NCBI RefSeq assembly: GCF_004010195.1
Contig: NC_057758.1
Location: forward strand, 7,085,753 to 7,143,783
Length of the DNA: 58,031 nucleotides
Source: Chiloscyllium plagiosum
Taxonomy: Eukaryota
Direction: 5' to 3'
The notes under the pieces were generated by a model. It did not search any database. It had not been told where the DNA came from and saw only the letters and a program-made list of their open reading frames with translations. A program made the position numbers and the translations under genes. Every line of letters begins with the position of its first letter. Within the stretch, counting starts at the first letter, position 1. Shown here piece after piece: positions 37,523 to 51,729 of this stretch.

Positions 37523-40500
37523 AACAAAAACTACCAGCTCGGCGAACAGAACCAGAGCAACGAGCACCCGAGCTACAAATCTTCTCACAAACTTTGCCAT
37601 CATTGGACAGAACATTGAGGATATGGGTAGTCAAGTTATGCTGCGGTGAATTTGACCAAAATTTTCCCTCCCACGTGGTCGACGATCCCCACCAGTGTAT
37701 CTCAAAATCTTCCCGCATCTCCGCCCTTGAACACTACCCTTCCACTTGCAACAACAGAACCCCTGCTACCTCATCAACCTCCGGCGACATCTCCCCCATT
37801 TCTACCGCCTACACACAGACCCTACCACCAGGGATACTTTGCGCACCCCTATCTGCCTTCCAAAAAAACTATTCCCTCCGTGACTCCCTTGTCAGTTCCT
37901 CCCCGCCCGCCCCCACCATCCCACACTGCACGCCCGGCATATTACCCAGCCACCGCAAGAATTGAAGAACCTGCGCCCACACCTCCTCGATTACCTCTGT
38001 CCAAGGAGCCTTCCACATCTAACAGAACTTTTCCTGTACTTCCACACATTTCACCTACTGCGTCCATTGCTCCCGATGTGGTGTCCCCTACATTAGAGAG
38101 ACAGGACACAAACTTGCGAATCACTTCAGAGAACATCTCTGGGACACCCGCACCAACCGAACCCACCTCTTCGTGCTGAACCCTTTAACTCCTCCACTCA
38201 TTCCATCAAGGACATGTAAGTCCTGGGCACCTCCATCGCCATACCCTAACCACGCAACATCTGGGAGTAGAACGCCTATTCTTCCGCCTTGGGACCCCCT
38301 CCTAACCATACGGGATCAATTTGGATTTCACCAGTTCTCTCAGTTTCCCTCACCTACCTTGCCCCCAATCCATCCCTCCAACTCTGCATCGCTTTCTTGA
38401 CCTGTCCGACCTGACCGTCTTCGTTCCCACCTATCGGCACCACCCTCTTCTCTGAACTTTCATCTTCGCCCCCATTTCAAGTATCGCACTCTCAGCTACC
38501 TCCCACCACCCACCCACCCCAGCCACACACGCTTGCAATTTATCTCTCAGATCCCTTGATCCACAAGTCTCATTCCTGATTAAGGACTCATGCCCTAAAC
38601 ATCGACTCTCCTCCACCTCAGTCGCTGCCTGACTTCCTGGGGTTTTCCAGCATCACACTCTTCGAAACTTGACATATTGCATACAGCTGTGATCCCACAC
38701 TATCCAAAGGACGTGGGTGCTTTGGATAGGATACCGAAAATGTTTAGCAGGATGCTGTCTGTTATGTCAGATTTTAGCTATGGAGGAATATTGGCAATAC
38801 TGCGTTTGTTTTCACCGGATCGCAGGAGATTGAGAGACAATACAATAGAAGTTTGTAAGATTGGTAATGGCATGGATAGAGTGGAAAATGAGGCTATTTC
38901 TTCCAGGTATGCAGGTTCAAGATATGAGCTGGGGGATGTTTAATAGAATTGCGCAAGGCAAACTTTCACATAAAGGATAGTGAGTGCCAGGAGGCTGTTA
39001 CCAGAGGAGGTGGTGGAATCAGACACAATAGCATCATTGAAGACGCACCTGGACAGGAAGAGAGGGGAGGTACACTGACCAGGAAAGGAAGACTGCTTTA
39101 GTATGGAAGGATAGAATATGGTTGCGCAGGCTTGGAGGGCCAAAGGGCCTATTCTTGCAATGTACTGTTGGTTGAGAAATATGAACATTCATGTCCAGAA
39201 GTGAGGTGGCCCCATGAGCTAACCACACAGACAGATTGTAAGATCCCTACAGGGACTCAATCACTGAGTCCCATATTATACATTTGCTAGAAAAGAAGCA
39301 ACATTCACAGCGAATGACACCGTCCTTTCACTCCCCTGGAACCAGAGGTCATGCTGCATTAGATATACTGTCCTTTCCCTCCTCTTGAATAGGGGAGTCA
39401 GGGTGCATTACAAACGTGTCTTTTCGCACACTGAGACCGGAGGTTTCCGCGCGTTAGGTAGAGAGTTCTTCCCGTCCTCTGGAATCGGGCTCTACAACGC
39501 ATCATATGCACGATTCTTTCCCCCCTTTGGGACTGACATCATGGTGCATTAGACACACTATTCTTTCCCCGCTCTATGACTGGGTGTCACAATGCGTTGG
39601 ATATGTTGATACTTCCCACCCTCTGGTACCAGGCGTTAGAGTTCATTAGATACACATTCCTTCACTGCTCTGGGACTGGTGTCACTGTGTTTCACACACT
39701 GTCCTTTCCTCGCTTTGGGACTGGTGTCATGGTGTGTTAGATACATCATCCTTTTCCACCCTCTGTTGCTGGGAGTCAGAGTGCATGAGATACACTTTCC
39801 TTCCCGCTCTGGAACTGGTGTCACGGAGTTAGACACACTAGCCTTTCCACGCTCAGGGCCTGGTGCCACATTGTATTAGATACATTGTCCTTTCCACCCT
39901 TATGGACTGGGAGTCAGAGTGCAGGGATGGACAGTGAAGTAGAAAGAGAGACAAATGGAGAAGGTGGTGTATTGCTGTAGACAGATCACTTTACTCAGTG
40001 AGGGTCTGTTGAAATATCAGTGATGTATTGAGCAATGAATAACCTCTCATGGAGAGAAGGTGGGAAATGAAGAATGTAAAATTGTGATTGATGAGGGTTA
40101 ATGGTATGCAAAATATGATGTTGTTGTTGCTCGAGTGATAGAGACTGTGAAATAGACATAGAGAGAAAGATGGACAGAATATGTGAGAGTCAGAATGGAT
40201 TGAGAGCCACTGAGTAAGAGGGCAGTGAGATGGCAGAGACAAATCATAAGACGGAAAGGGAGAGGGGGAGAGAGAGAAAAACAGCTATTGGGAGAGAAAG
40301 AGAGAAGGTCAGTAAGAAAAGGGAAGAGGGACTGTTGCAGAGATCAAGACAGACAGAGCGAGATGGAGGGATACAAATAGTGACCGCAATGAAGATAGAC
40401 ACTGAGTGATTAAAACAGTTGGGGAATAGACCGAGAGAGGTCGCAAACCTGTGTGTTCACCGCTCTTGATGCGCCACGTGTGATTAGCTGCGTAATGTGA

Positions 40501-41799
40501 CAGTCAGTTTACACCTCATTGCACTCTGTACCCCATCGACGAGTCTGGCACATCTTAGCCAAAGAGGAATGCGTATGGATAGACACAGACTGGGTACCTG
40601 GACTCCAGCCCAGGTCACCTCGGACCAGGTAATGGCAGCGGGGGAATCTGGACAGTTCGAATTCATGTCAGAACAACACTGTTGTTCTCACAGTGAGATA
40701 GAGGGGGAGAGAGAGAGATGGACAGATAAACATAGAGGACTGAAACAGACCGACCAGTCCAACAAGTCCATACCAAATATAATCCCAAACTGAACTAGTC
40801 CCACCGAACTGCCACTGTCCCATATTTCCTCCAAATCTTTCTATTTCATATTTCCATCAAAATGTACTTTAAATGTAGTAATTGTACCCCCTTCCACCAC
40901 TTCATTGTGAAGTTCATTCCACATGCGAACCACCCTCTATGTAAGAAAATACTCTCTGATGTCTGCTTTAAATTTATCTCCTCAAAAATGTGCCCTCCAA
41001 TTCTGGAAATTCCCCATCTTAGGGAAAAGACAACCACCACCAACTTGATCTACCCCTCTCGTTCTTTGACAAGCTTCAGTCAGGTCACCCCTTTCAACCT
41101 TCTATGCTCCTGTGAAAAAAGTCCCAACCTATCCACCATTTCCTGATGACTCAAACGTTCCATAGCCAGAACAATCCTGGGAAATCTCCTCTGAACCCCC
41201 TTCAACTTGATATCATCCTTCCTATAACTGGGCGACCAGAACAGCAAATTGTATTCCAAAAAGGCCTCATCGATATCCTGTACAATATCAACATAACATC
41301 CTACTTCTTCAACCGAAAGGACGAAAGAATGAAAGCAAGCGTGCCAAACACCATTTTCAACCATCCTGTCCATCTCTGACACAAACTTTAAAGAACAATA
41401 AAGTGAACTCATCGGTCACACTGTTCTACAACACTACCAAAAGCCCCAGTATTAATTGTACAAGATGTACCCTTGCTTGTTATACCAAAATACAATAGCT
41501 CGCATTTATCCAGAGAGAAGATCTGTGAGAGAGATCAAGACAGCAGAGATCAAGGGATCGAAATTGAGCAAGAGAAAGAGAGAATCAAGAGACTTGGCAA
41601 TTGAGAGACAGAAAGGGAAATAGAAAGATTCAGAGGGAGTGAGAGACAAACAACAATCACATAATTTGTGTCTTGCTGTTGCCTGTCAGGGAGTGTGATG
41701 ACCGACTTGTCTGGATGGCTGCAGCTCCAACAACACTTAAACTTGCCAATGACTAGGCATGCTTAATTGCTACCACATCCATTCCCTCCACCACCACGG

Positions 41800-42095
41800 A
41801 CATTCAGATTAGATTACATACAGTTTCAAAACAGGCCCTTGGGCCCAGCAACTCGAAGAGTAACCCACCCAGACCCATTTCCCCACATTTACCCCTTCAG
41901 CTAACACTATGGGCAATTTAGCTGGCCAATTCACCTGCCCTGCACATTTTTGGACTGGGGGAGGAAACCCGGAGGAAACCCACAGGGAAAATGTGCAAAC
42001 TCCACACAGACAGATGCCTGAGTTGGGAATTGAACCCAGATTTCTAGCGCTGTGAGGCAGCAGTGCTAATCATTGTGCCAACGTGCCGCCCTTAA
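41800..42095 (-). mobile_element. HE1-type SINE (copy A 25780-25918, cut by gap)
   Basis: Reverse complement of gggcggcacg.tggcaca.tg.ttagcactgctgcctcacagcgc head; (taatc)n tail. Confidence 0.9.
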
Positions 42096-43636
42096 CCAGC
42101 AGTGGGGATTATCTACAAGGTGTACTGCAGAAAGTCACCAACGATCCTCGGACAGTGCCTTCCAAATTCGCGAACTTTTCCATCTGGAATGATAACAGCA
42201 GCAGATACATGAGAGCCCCACCCCCTGCAAGTTCCTGTCCAAGCCAGTCAGCACCCTGGAAACATATCAGCCATTCCTTCAGCGCCACTGTGTTAAACTC
42301 CTGGCATTCCCTCCCCGAGGGCATTGTGGGTTAACACACAGCACGTGGACTGCAGCGGTTCAATAAAGCAGCTCACCTCACATTCTCAGGAGAGCCTAGG
42401 AATGGGGAATTTATTCCCGCCGAGACAGCCACGCTCATGTACCATGAGAGAACGGAAGAGATTGAGGCTAAGAGGCTTCAGATTTAAAAGAATGGTGAGG
42501 AGGAATTATTCCCTCAACTGGTTTTGAAACAATGGAATCATTTCTCACAGTGTGTTAGATGTCAGTTCATTGATTAAATTGAAAAGCGGGCACAGGCAGA
42601 GTTTGAATTACTAGCAGATTGACAAGTGGAGTTAGGGCTGAAGTGTGATCGGCCATGGTCATATTAAATGGAGGAACATGCTTGAATTGCAGACACCTGC
42701 TCCTCAATCTCCAGTTCCTTCAGTAGTGTGTCGGTGAGATTCCTTCAGCAATAGCATCAGAGAGCGCAATGGGCAGCGATAGAGTGATAGAGATCTCTAA
42801 TTGCACAAATATTAATACTGGTTTGCGCCATACATGTGGAAGCTGAGGTCCAGCAGTTGAAAAGTGCTTGGATGAGCTCTGATGTGTGAAGCAGTATTCT
42901 TTTTGACCGACATACCGAGGGACAGAAAGACATTCAAAAAGGCACCATGAATTATCTCGTATGTATACAGGAACCAGTGTAGCAGACATAAAGTACAAAA
43001 TGCTCCTATCCATTTGATTAAAACTTTCTCCCCAATACTATCTCCATGATTAAATTCAGATTAATGTCTCATCAAAAATAAACATTTGTTTCAACATCTG
43101 GCTTGGCTCAGTGGTTAGCACTGCTGCCTCACAGCACGAGGGACCTTGGTTCAAATCCAGCCTCGGGCGACTGTCTGTGAGAAGTTTTCATGTTCTCTCC
43201 GTGTCTGGGTGGATTTCCTCCCATATTCCCAGATGTGCAGGTCAGGTTAATTAGCCATGATAAATTGCCCATTGTGTTCGAGGCAGTTGTCAGAGGGACA
43301 TGGATCTAGGGGTGGGGGTGGGGTGGGGTTAGTCCTCGGAGAGTCGGTGTGCACTTCTTGGGAAAAATGGTCTGTTTCAACACTGTAGGGAATGCAGTCG
43401 CAGAATTACTGAGCATCCATGACCTTCAAATGCGACTGTTCCTGGATTCCTTGATCTGGATGATTGAACACAGAGGGTTGGCAGGTTGCAAAGCCCCAGT
43501 TGTACAAAGGAATAATGTGCATGCGCTGTGGTGGTGAAGCTCGATGAAATGATTTATTTACAAACTGATAAATATACACATTTAGCTAAACATCAGAATA
43601 GCTTACGCGCAGAAGGCAGATTGAACCCTCGATTGA

Positions 43637-43823
43637 TTAGCATCACCGTTGGCCAATGCGAAACTCAGAAGGACCGGAAGCAAGCTGGTCCTGCGGCCAA
43701 TCTGCGCTCCCCTATTGCCTGAATGCGGAATTTGGACAATGAAGCTGCTGATTGGTGCCCAGAGAAGCTGTTGCTGCTCCTCATCTATCTCTGGGCTTCA
43801 CCAAGCCTGAACCAACCTCAGGT
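43637..43823 (+). promoter_or_regulatory. Candidate ZNF gene promoter and non-coding exon 1 (copy B)
   Basis: Same CCAAT cluster, CCGGAAG and donor cag|gtggg at 43822. Confidence 0.6.
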
Positions 43824-44711
43824 GGGGAAATCATCTGGGAACATTTTATTGTTTTTTTGTTCTTTTCTCATTCGGGGTTAAATTGCTGACATGCAAGAAT
43901 TGATCATTCGGGAAGTGAATCCGGGGAAGGGGACAGTTTCTGGAAAGTGAAATCGAGGTCTCCCGCTGCAAAAGACATCGGTTACTGTTCTGAGGAAGGG
44001 TCCGTCGACCTGAAAGTATATACTTTGATTTCTCTCCACTGATGCTGGCAGATCCGTCGAATGTTTCCAGCAATATCTGCGTGAGTTTGTGTCAACCTTG
44101 ACTGACTCAATTTGGCGCACTCCATCATCTGGCTGCCAGAATGATTTCATTTCATAATGCTTGCAATTAAAAAGGATGATTTCCAGGCTAGAGCTGACAA
44201 GCGATGAGGCATTAAATTAATATCAAGTTGAGATATGCCTTGTTTTGTTATACTTCACATAGTTGGAACTATCATGCAAAGACACCATTCACCAGGAGAA
44301 AGTGAGGATTGCAAATGGTGGAACTCAGAGTCGAAAGTATGGAGCTGGAAAACCACAGCAGGTCAGGCAGCAACCGAGGAGCAGGAGAATCGACGAGTCA
44401 GGTATAAGCCCCTCATCAAGAACGAGGTTTGTGGGTAGGGGGCTGAGAGATAAATGAAGGGCGTTGGGGCTGGAGGAAGGTGGGTGAGAATGTGAGAGGT
44501 AGATGAAGGTGAGCAAGAAGGTGATAGGTTGGAGAGGAGGGTGGAGTGGATAGATGGGAAAGACAATGGACAGGTCAATAGGGCACTGAGATAACGTGGG
44601 GGAGGGGAAAACTGGAGAAATCCACATTAAATCCGTTTGGTTTCAGGGTCCCAAGTCGGAAGATGAGGTGTTCATACTCAAGGTGTCGGGTAGATAGACT
44701 TTGGCAAAGGA

Positions 44712-45050
44712 TTTAGATTAGATTAGATTACTTACAGTGTGGAAACAGGCCCTTCGGCCCAACAAGTCCACACCGACCCGCCGAAGCGTAACCCACCCAT
44801 ACCCCTACATTTACCCCTTTACCTAACACTACGGGCAATTTAGCATGGCCAATTCACCTGACTTGCACATCTTTGGAGTGTGGGAGGAAACCGGAGCACC
44901 CGGAGGAAACCCACGCAGACACGGGGAGAATGTGCAAACTCCACACAGTCAGTCGCCTGAGGCGGGAATTGAACCCAGGTCTCTGGCGCTGCGAGGCAGC
45001 AGTGCTAACCACTGTGCCACCGTGCCGCCCACTGTGCCACCGTGCCGCCC
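44712..45050 (-). mobile_element. Young full-length HE1-type SINE, present only in copy B
   Basis: CpG-rich; intact A/B boxes; (taatc)n tail; 20-bp 5' end duplicated (45011-45030 / 45031-45050); empty site ggccaaggaggaggccc in copy A at ~28420. Confidence 0.95.
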
Positions 45051-45289
45051 AGGAGGAGGCCCAGGATCTGTATCTCCTTGTTGGAGTGGGAGGGGGAGTT
45101 GAAGTTTCCAGCCACTGTGCAGTCTCAGGAGTCCATGTGGAATCAGTAGACGGCACTGAGGATGATGATGTGGCTGTGATAGTGAGTCTGCTGAAAGATT
45201 TGTTGCTGAACACCTCAATTGGCCTCACACTCGTTTAAGGTCCTGCATGTGGTGGTGAGAGGGGGGCTGCGTGGGGGGACCCTGGGAGA

Positions 45290-48035
45290 TAGTGATGAAA
45301 CTGATCAATCTAAGACTGGTATAGTTGGGAAAGGAAGCAATTCAAACAGTTAGGGCAGGAAGGAATCAAGCAGAGACCAAGCTGGAATGATACATTAAAC
45401 TGCAATTACTTCAATGCAAGAGGCCTAAAAGGGAAGGCAGATGAAATCAGCACATGATGAGGAACAAAGCGCTGGGATAGCATATCCATTGCAGAGACGT
45501 GGCTCGGGTATGTTTTGGACTGGCGGCTTAAAGTTTCAGGATACAAATGCTTTAGGAAGGATGGGAAAGGGGTCAGGACAGGGGTGGGGGGGGGAGCGTA
45601 GCAATGTTTATAAGGGATAGTATTACTTGCTGAACATAGGATACCCCTGAGAGTACATCCAGGGATATTATTTAGGTGGAAGTGAGCAATAAGAAAGGGA
45701 CGATCACCTTATTGGGGTTGCCATATAGACCTACTAATAGTCCTTACAAGCAAATTTGTAAGGAAGTTTCACTTATCTATCAGAATAATAGCGTGGTTAT
45801 GGGAGGGAATTTTAACATTACAAACATAGACTGGGACTGACATAGTGTTCAGGGTTCTGATGGAGAGGAATTTGTTAAGTGTGTACAAGAGAACCTCCTG
45901 ATTCATTATGTGGCTGTTCCTATTAGAGAATGTGCAAAACCTGACATATTCTTGAGAAATAAGGCAGAACCAGTGACTGAGGTGTCATTGGGGGAGCACT
46001 TTCGGGCCATCCACCTGAGTTCCATTAGTTTTAAAATAGTGATGGAAAAGGTGAGACAGGATCCGAAAGCTGGAGGCCTAAATTGGAGGAAGGCCAGTTT
46101 TGACGGTTTTAGGCAAGAACTTTCAAAAGCCGGATTGGGGGACAGATATTTGTAGGTGAAGGGACAGCTGGGAAATTGGAAGCCTTCAGAAATTAGATGC
46201 CGAGAGTCCAGAGGCAGTATATTCCTATTGGATGAAAGGAAAAGCAGGTCGGTCCAGGGAATGCTGGATGGCTCGAGAAAAAGCTTTGGCAAATAGGGTT
46301 AAGGAAAATCCAGAGGGTTTTTATAAATACATTAAGGACAAAAATGTACCAATTGACAGAATAAGGCCCTTGAAAGATCAACAAGGCAGTCTTCGTTTGG
46401 AGCCGCAGGAGATGGGGGAGACATGAAACGCGTATTTTGCATCAGTGTTTACTGTGGAGAAAGAAAATGGAAGATAAAGAATGTGGAGAAATAGATGGTG
46501 ACATCTTGAAAATTGTCCATATTACAAGAGGAGGAGATCGTGGACGTCTTGAAATGCATAAAGGTGGATAAATCCCCAACAACTGATTAGGTGTGCCTTA
46601 GAAATTTGGGAAGCTAGGGAAGTGATATTTGTATCATCAATAGTCACAGGTGAGGTGCCGGAAGACCAGAGGATGGCTAACGTTGTTCCACTGTTTAAGC
46701 AAGTTGGTAAGGCAAAAACCAGGGAACCTGAGATCAGTCAGATTGGCATCAGTGGAAAAGCATAGACTGATTATGGATTGTCAACATGGCTTTGTGCATG
46801 GGATATCATGTCTCACAAACTTAATTGAGGTTTTTATTGAAGTTACAAAGAGGATTGATGAGGGCAGAGCAGTGGGCGTCATCTGTATAGACTTCATAAA
46901 GGCGTTGGACAAGGTTCCCCACTGGAGACTGGTTAACAAGTTTAGATCTCATGCAATACAGGGCGAACTTGCCATTTGGATACAGAACTGGTTCGAAGAG
47001 GGTCGTTGTGGAGGGTTGCTTTTCTGATCAGTATCGTGATCAGTGGAGTGACACAATGATCACTGTACGGTCCACTAATTTTCATTATTTATATAAATTA
47101 TTTGGATGTGAACATGGGAGGCATAATTAGTAAGTTTGCAGCTGACACCAAAATTGGAGGTGCAGTGGACTGCGAAGAAGATTACCTGAGAGTAAGACAG
47201 GATCTTGATGAGATTGGCCAATGTGTTGAGTAGTGACAAATTAAGTTTAATTCAGACAAATGCGAGATGCTGCATTTTGGAAAAGCAAACCATAGCAAGA
47301 CTTGTAGACTTCATTGTAACCTCCGAGGGAGTGATGTTGAACAAAGAAACCTTGGAGTGCAGGTTCATAGCTCCTACAAAGTAGAGCCACAGGTAGAAAT
47401 GATATCGAAAAGGGCTTTCCTTTATTGGCCAAAGCATTGACTATTGGAGTTGGGAGGTTATGCTGTGGCTCTACAGGATATTAGTCTTGCCAGGTTTGGA
47501 ATATTGCATGCAATTTTTCTCACCTTCCTATCGTAAAGATGTTGTGAAACCTGAAACTGTTCAGAAAAGAGTTATAAGGATGTGCCAACGTTGGAGGGTT
47601 TGAGCGATAGGGAGAGGGTGAATAGGCTGCGGATATTTTTCCTGGAGCTTCGGAGGCTGAGGAGTGAACTTGTAATGGGTTATAAAATAACAAGGCGTAT
47701 CGATAGGATAAATAGACAAGGGGTGGGGTAGTGGAGTCCAGAAATAGAGGGCATAGGTTTAGGCTGAGAGGGGAAAGATAAAAATAGGACCGAAGGGGCA
47801 CCTTTCCACACAGACGGTGGTGTGCACATGGAATGAGCTGCCAGAGGAAGCGGTGGAGCCTGGTACCGTTGCAGCATTTAAAAGGCGTCTCGACGAGTAT
47901 ATGAGTTGGAAGGGTTTACAGGGATATGGGCTGGGTGCAGGCAAATGAGATTCGTTTCGGTTAAAATATCTGGTCAGCATGGATGAGTTGGACAGAAAGG
48001 TTTCTTTTCACGCTGTACATCTGATCGACTCTATA
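45290..48035 (+). mobile_element. Decayed near-complete CR1 ORF2 in the ZNF intron (copy B)
   Basis: Paralog of 28680-31380 with shared lesions. Confidence 0.93.
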
Positions 48036-48197
48036 ACAAACATTCGACCAGGCAGTATAAAGGGGGTCCATCCCAAATGCACTAACAGTAACTAGAACCA
48101 TGCCAATCCGCAAGAATGTGCATCACATTGCAAATAATTACTTTTGAAATTTTATCTTGCACTGAGGTATTGATGACTTTTTAAACAACTTTTACAG

Positions 48198-49613
48198 GAT
48201 AATAGAAAGGAAGGATTTGAAGAACGAAATCTGAAATTAACATCATGTCAAGATCTGAAATCACTCGATTTGTCAGCATCTGAACGCTGTGAATCCTTCA
48301 CCTTGGGGGGAGAAATGTTCCTCTGTTATGTCTGCTTCAATGGATTTTAAACAAAACATTGCGATTTTAACAAGTCCGCGTGAGAGTGTGTCACTGCATC
48401 GACAGTGAGAAAAGCCGAAAATAACCTCAGAAGACAATTGCACAATTCACAGCCGAGAGAGACCATTCACATGATCTATGTTTGGACGAGGCTTCCACTG
48501 ATTATTAAACCTGGAGAGGAAATGCGATCAATTTCTGCATGGATAAACCATGGAAATGTGGGCACTGTGGGAAGGGATTCTATTACTCACCTGGTCTTGA
48601 GATTGATGAGCGTAGACACACGGGGGGAAGGCTGTACACCTGTTTTCTGTCTGAGAAAGGATTCAGTGCTATCTCCAATCTGCTGACACACCAGAAAGTT
48701 CACGCTGTGCAGAGGCCATGCACCTCTGACCATGGGAAGAGACTCACTGATACATCCAACCTATTGGCGCGCAAGCAAAATGGTATTTCCCTGCTCTGAT
48801 TGTGGGAAGGAATTCACTAGTTCAGCTAACGTGCTGAGACACAAGCGAGTTGACACTGAGGAGAGGCCGTAGTATTGCCCTGAGTGTGGGAAAGGATTTG
48901 TTCAACCATCTGCCTTGGATATTCAGCAATGGCTTCACACTGGGGAGACCCTGTTCACCTGCTCTCAGTGTACGAAAGGATTCGCTCAGTCATCGAGCTT
49001 GGTTATTCAACAACGGCTTCACACTGGAGAGAGGTACTTTCCCTGCCATCACTGTGGGAAGAGACTCTCTGATTTCTCTCCCATGCTTTGAAATGAACTG
49101 ATTCACAATGGGGAAAGGCGGTTTATCTGCTGACAGTGTGGGAAGGAATTCACTCAATTATGCAGCCTACAGAGACATTAGTGATTTCACACCAGGAAGA
49201 GGCCACTCACCTGCCCGCAGTGTGGGAAGGGAATCACTCAATTATCCAGTCTGCAGATACACCAGCGAGTTCACACCGGGGAGACGCCATTCACCTGCTC
49301 TCTGTGCGTAAATACGTTATCTCGGTTATCCAACCTGCACATTCACCAGCCGATTCACACCTGGGAGAGGCCATTCACATGCTGACAGTGCGGGAAGAAG
49401 CTCTCTCAAATATTCGACCTGCAGACACACCAGCGATTGCACACTGGGGAGAGGATTTTCATCTGCTCTCAGTGCGGGAAGGGATACACACAGTTATCCA
49501 ACCTGCAGAGACACCAGGCAGTTCACACTCGAGAGAGGCCGCCCACCTGCTGTCGGCGGCATAAGGGATACATTCTAGTATGTGGGCAGCAGGAACACCA
49601 ACGAGATCATTAG
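48198..49613 (+). pseudogene. Tandem C2H2 zinc-finger pseudogene, copy B (~13 degenerate fingers, no KRAB seen)
   Basis: Acceptor ttttacag|G at 48197/48198. From 48539: CxxCGKGF...[15 protein letters not shown] repeats with an 84-bp period; frameshift/deletion near 48780 and at least 6 in-frame stops. Confidence 0.93.
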
Positions 49614-49824
49614 TGACTGCAGGAGTGTGTTCTGCTGTTGGCGCTGCTGCTCATCATGTTCAAGACTAAATCATGTTGATCCTGCCAGGAGGCAGATCAG
49701 AGGGTTTCTTTCTCCGAGACTGGCCACCCTCACTACTTTGCTTCCAGTGAGATGGATGCTTCAAATGCCATACGAATCACTGAATGAAGAAAGTTTTGGA
49801 AGGTAGAAGTTGTTTCGTCTGAAA

Positions 49825-49979
49825 ATGGATCCTCAATTATCCAGCATTCAATAATCCGAATATTGGATTATCCAGCATGATCGCAAGGGTGCAATGCTTA
49901 GCTAAACTGTCACCTGGCATTCAATGAACTGAACAAAATTCTCCCTACCCGTGTCCTTCAGATAATAGAGGTTCCTCTG
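49825..49979. mobile_element. Short TIR element (MITE, possibly Tc1/pogo-like)
   Basis: Imperfect inverted ends gatcctcaattatcc / agataatagaggttc; internal attatcc repeats. Confidence 0.6.
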
Positions 49980-50629
49980 CATTTCATTTCCTCCAATAGC
50001 GTGCCGTGTTTACATGGAGATGGTCATGCCAGGCGGTTGTTTTTTTTTTAATTGACATGGGCGCTTTTCACAGAAGGTAGTTGGGGATTTGTAAATCATT
50101 TGGAATCGCTGAGGGGAAATGAAACCAGAAAGCTTGCTGAGCTTGGAGCTGGAGGATGTCATATCCAGTAAGGCTGTCGCTGAAAGGCACTGGGTCTTGT
50201 GGTGGAAGGAAGATGTCAGACATTGGAGATTTTAATGAGGATCAGGAAAGCCATTCAGCCGTTCAAGATGCTTCACCACGTGAGCCATCAAAGCTTTCTC
50301 CACAAGGTGGTCATAAGATGATGCCAAAGCTGTCAGTGAGTCAGTAGAACTGGTATGTTCTCACTTCAAAAAGTGGAACTTTTAAAGCAAATTGCCTGTG
50401 ATCATGGAGCAAATCAATGTTGGGAAAAGTGACTGGTGTTTCCCCAGTAAATGTTGCACCAGAGACAGAAGCTTCTGAGACACCAATTGTTTCTAATGTG
50501 ATTACCACGAGTGAAAATAGACGCGATAAATTCCAGAACACTTATATTTTCAGTAAAGTCACTCCGACTGCCCTAGAAAGCCAAGAAATATTTTTATTCT
50601 GCGTTGCCAGATCAGTGGAAACCTTTATT

Positions 50630-51560
50630 CGAAAAACAGTTTCCAATATCTTCATTGCGTTAATCAAGGACCTGTGGGTACTCCCAGAAGGCTTCCTTCT
50701 TCAGAGATCGCTATTTCCCCACCCACGTGGTTGACGATGCCTGCCAATGCATCTCCTCCACGCAGTGCACCTCCGCCCTCCATTCCCACCCCTCCCAACA
50801 CAACAGGGACAGAGCCATCCCCAGGTCCTTATCTTTCACCCCGTCAACCTTCGTATACACCGTATCGTCCTCCGCCACTTCTGTCACCAACAACCGGACC
50901 CCACCACCAGCGACATATTTCCCTCCCCACCTCTGTCAACCTTCCGGAGAGACCATTCCCCCTGTGACTTCCTGATCAATTGCACGTCCCCTCCCACCCG
51001 CTCCTGACACATTCCCCCACCACGCAAGAAGTGCAAATCCTGCACGCACAACTTCCCCTCCCTCTCTCCATCTCCGTCGAAGGTCCCCAAGGATCCTTCC
51101 ACATCTGACAGAAATTTATCTGGACCGCAACCAATGTAATCTACTGTATCCGTTGCGACCATTGTAGTCTCCTCTATATCGAGGAGACAAGACGCAAACT
51201 TGTGGATCGTTTCAGAGAACATCTCTGGCACACCTTCACCAACCAACCCTGCCGACCCGTCGCTAAACACGTCAACTCCCCTTTCTACTCTGCCAACGAC
51301 ATGCAGGTCCTAGGCCACCTCCAACACAAAACACATACCGCCCACACCTGGAGTAAGAATGCCTCATCTTCCGCCATGGGGCCCTGCATCAAAACGGGAA
51401 CAATGTGGATTTCACCAGTTTCCTCATTTACACACTCCACCTCACCCAAAACCCCCGTTGTTCCTGTCCCGACCCGCCACCTCGGCACCATTCTTGACTT
51501 TTCCTTCGAATTTCCCACCTATCTGTTCCGCCCTCCTCTCCCACCTTCATCTCTCCAGGG
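50630..51560 (+). mobile_element. PLE fragment with GIY-YIG endonuclease
   Basis: NVIYCIRCDHCSLLYIEETRRKLVDRFREHLWHTFTNQPCRPVAKHVNSPFYSANDMQVLG. Confidence 0.92.
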
Positions 51561-51729
51561 TGGAGAGATAAATGGGGGTGGGGGTGGGGGTGAGGTGTGG
51601 GGCTGGTGGCAAGTTACAAAAGTATAGAGGAGGTGAATTGGGGTGGGGATGGAGGTGATAAGTCAGAGGGGACAGTGGGGAAGTTGGCAAAGATTTTAAA
51701 CCTCAGCCTGATGTGGAAGAGTCAAAATG

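Larger units (their letters stand above)
32462..48625 (+). repeat. Segmental duplication copy B
   Basis: agctgtaactcttgctc at 32462 = 16060; gtagacacacgggg at ~48625 = 31961. Confidence 0.97.
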
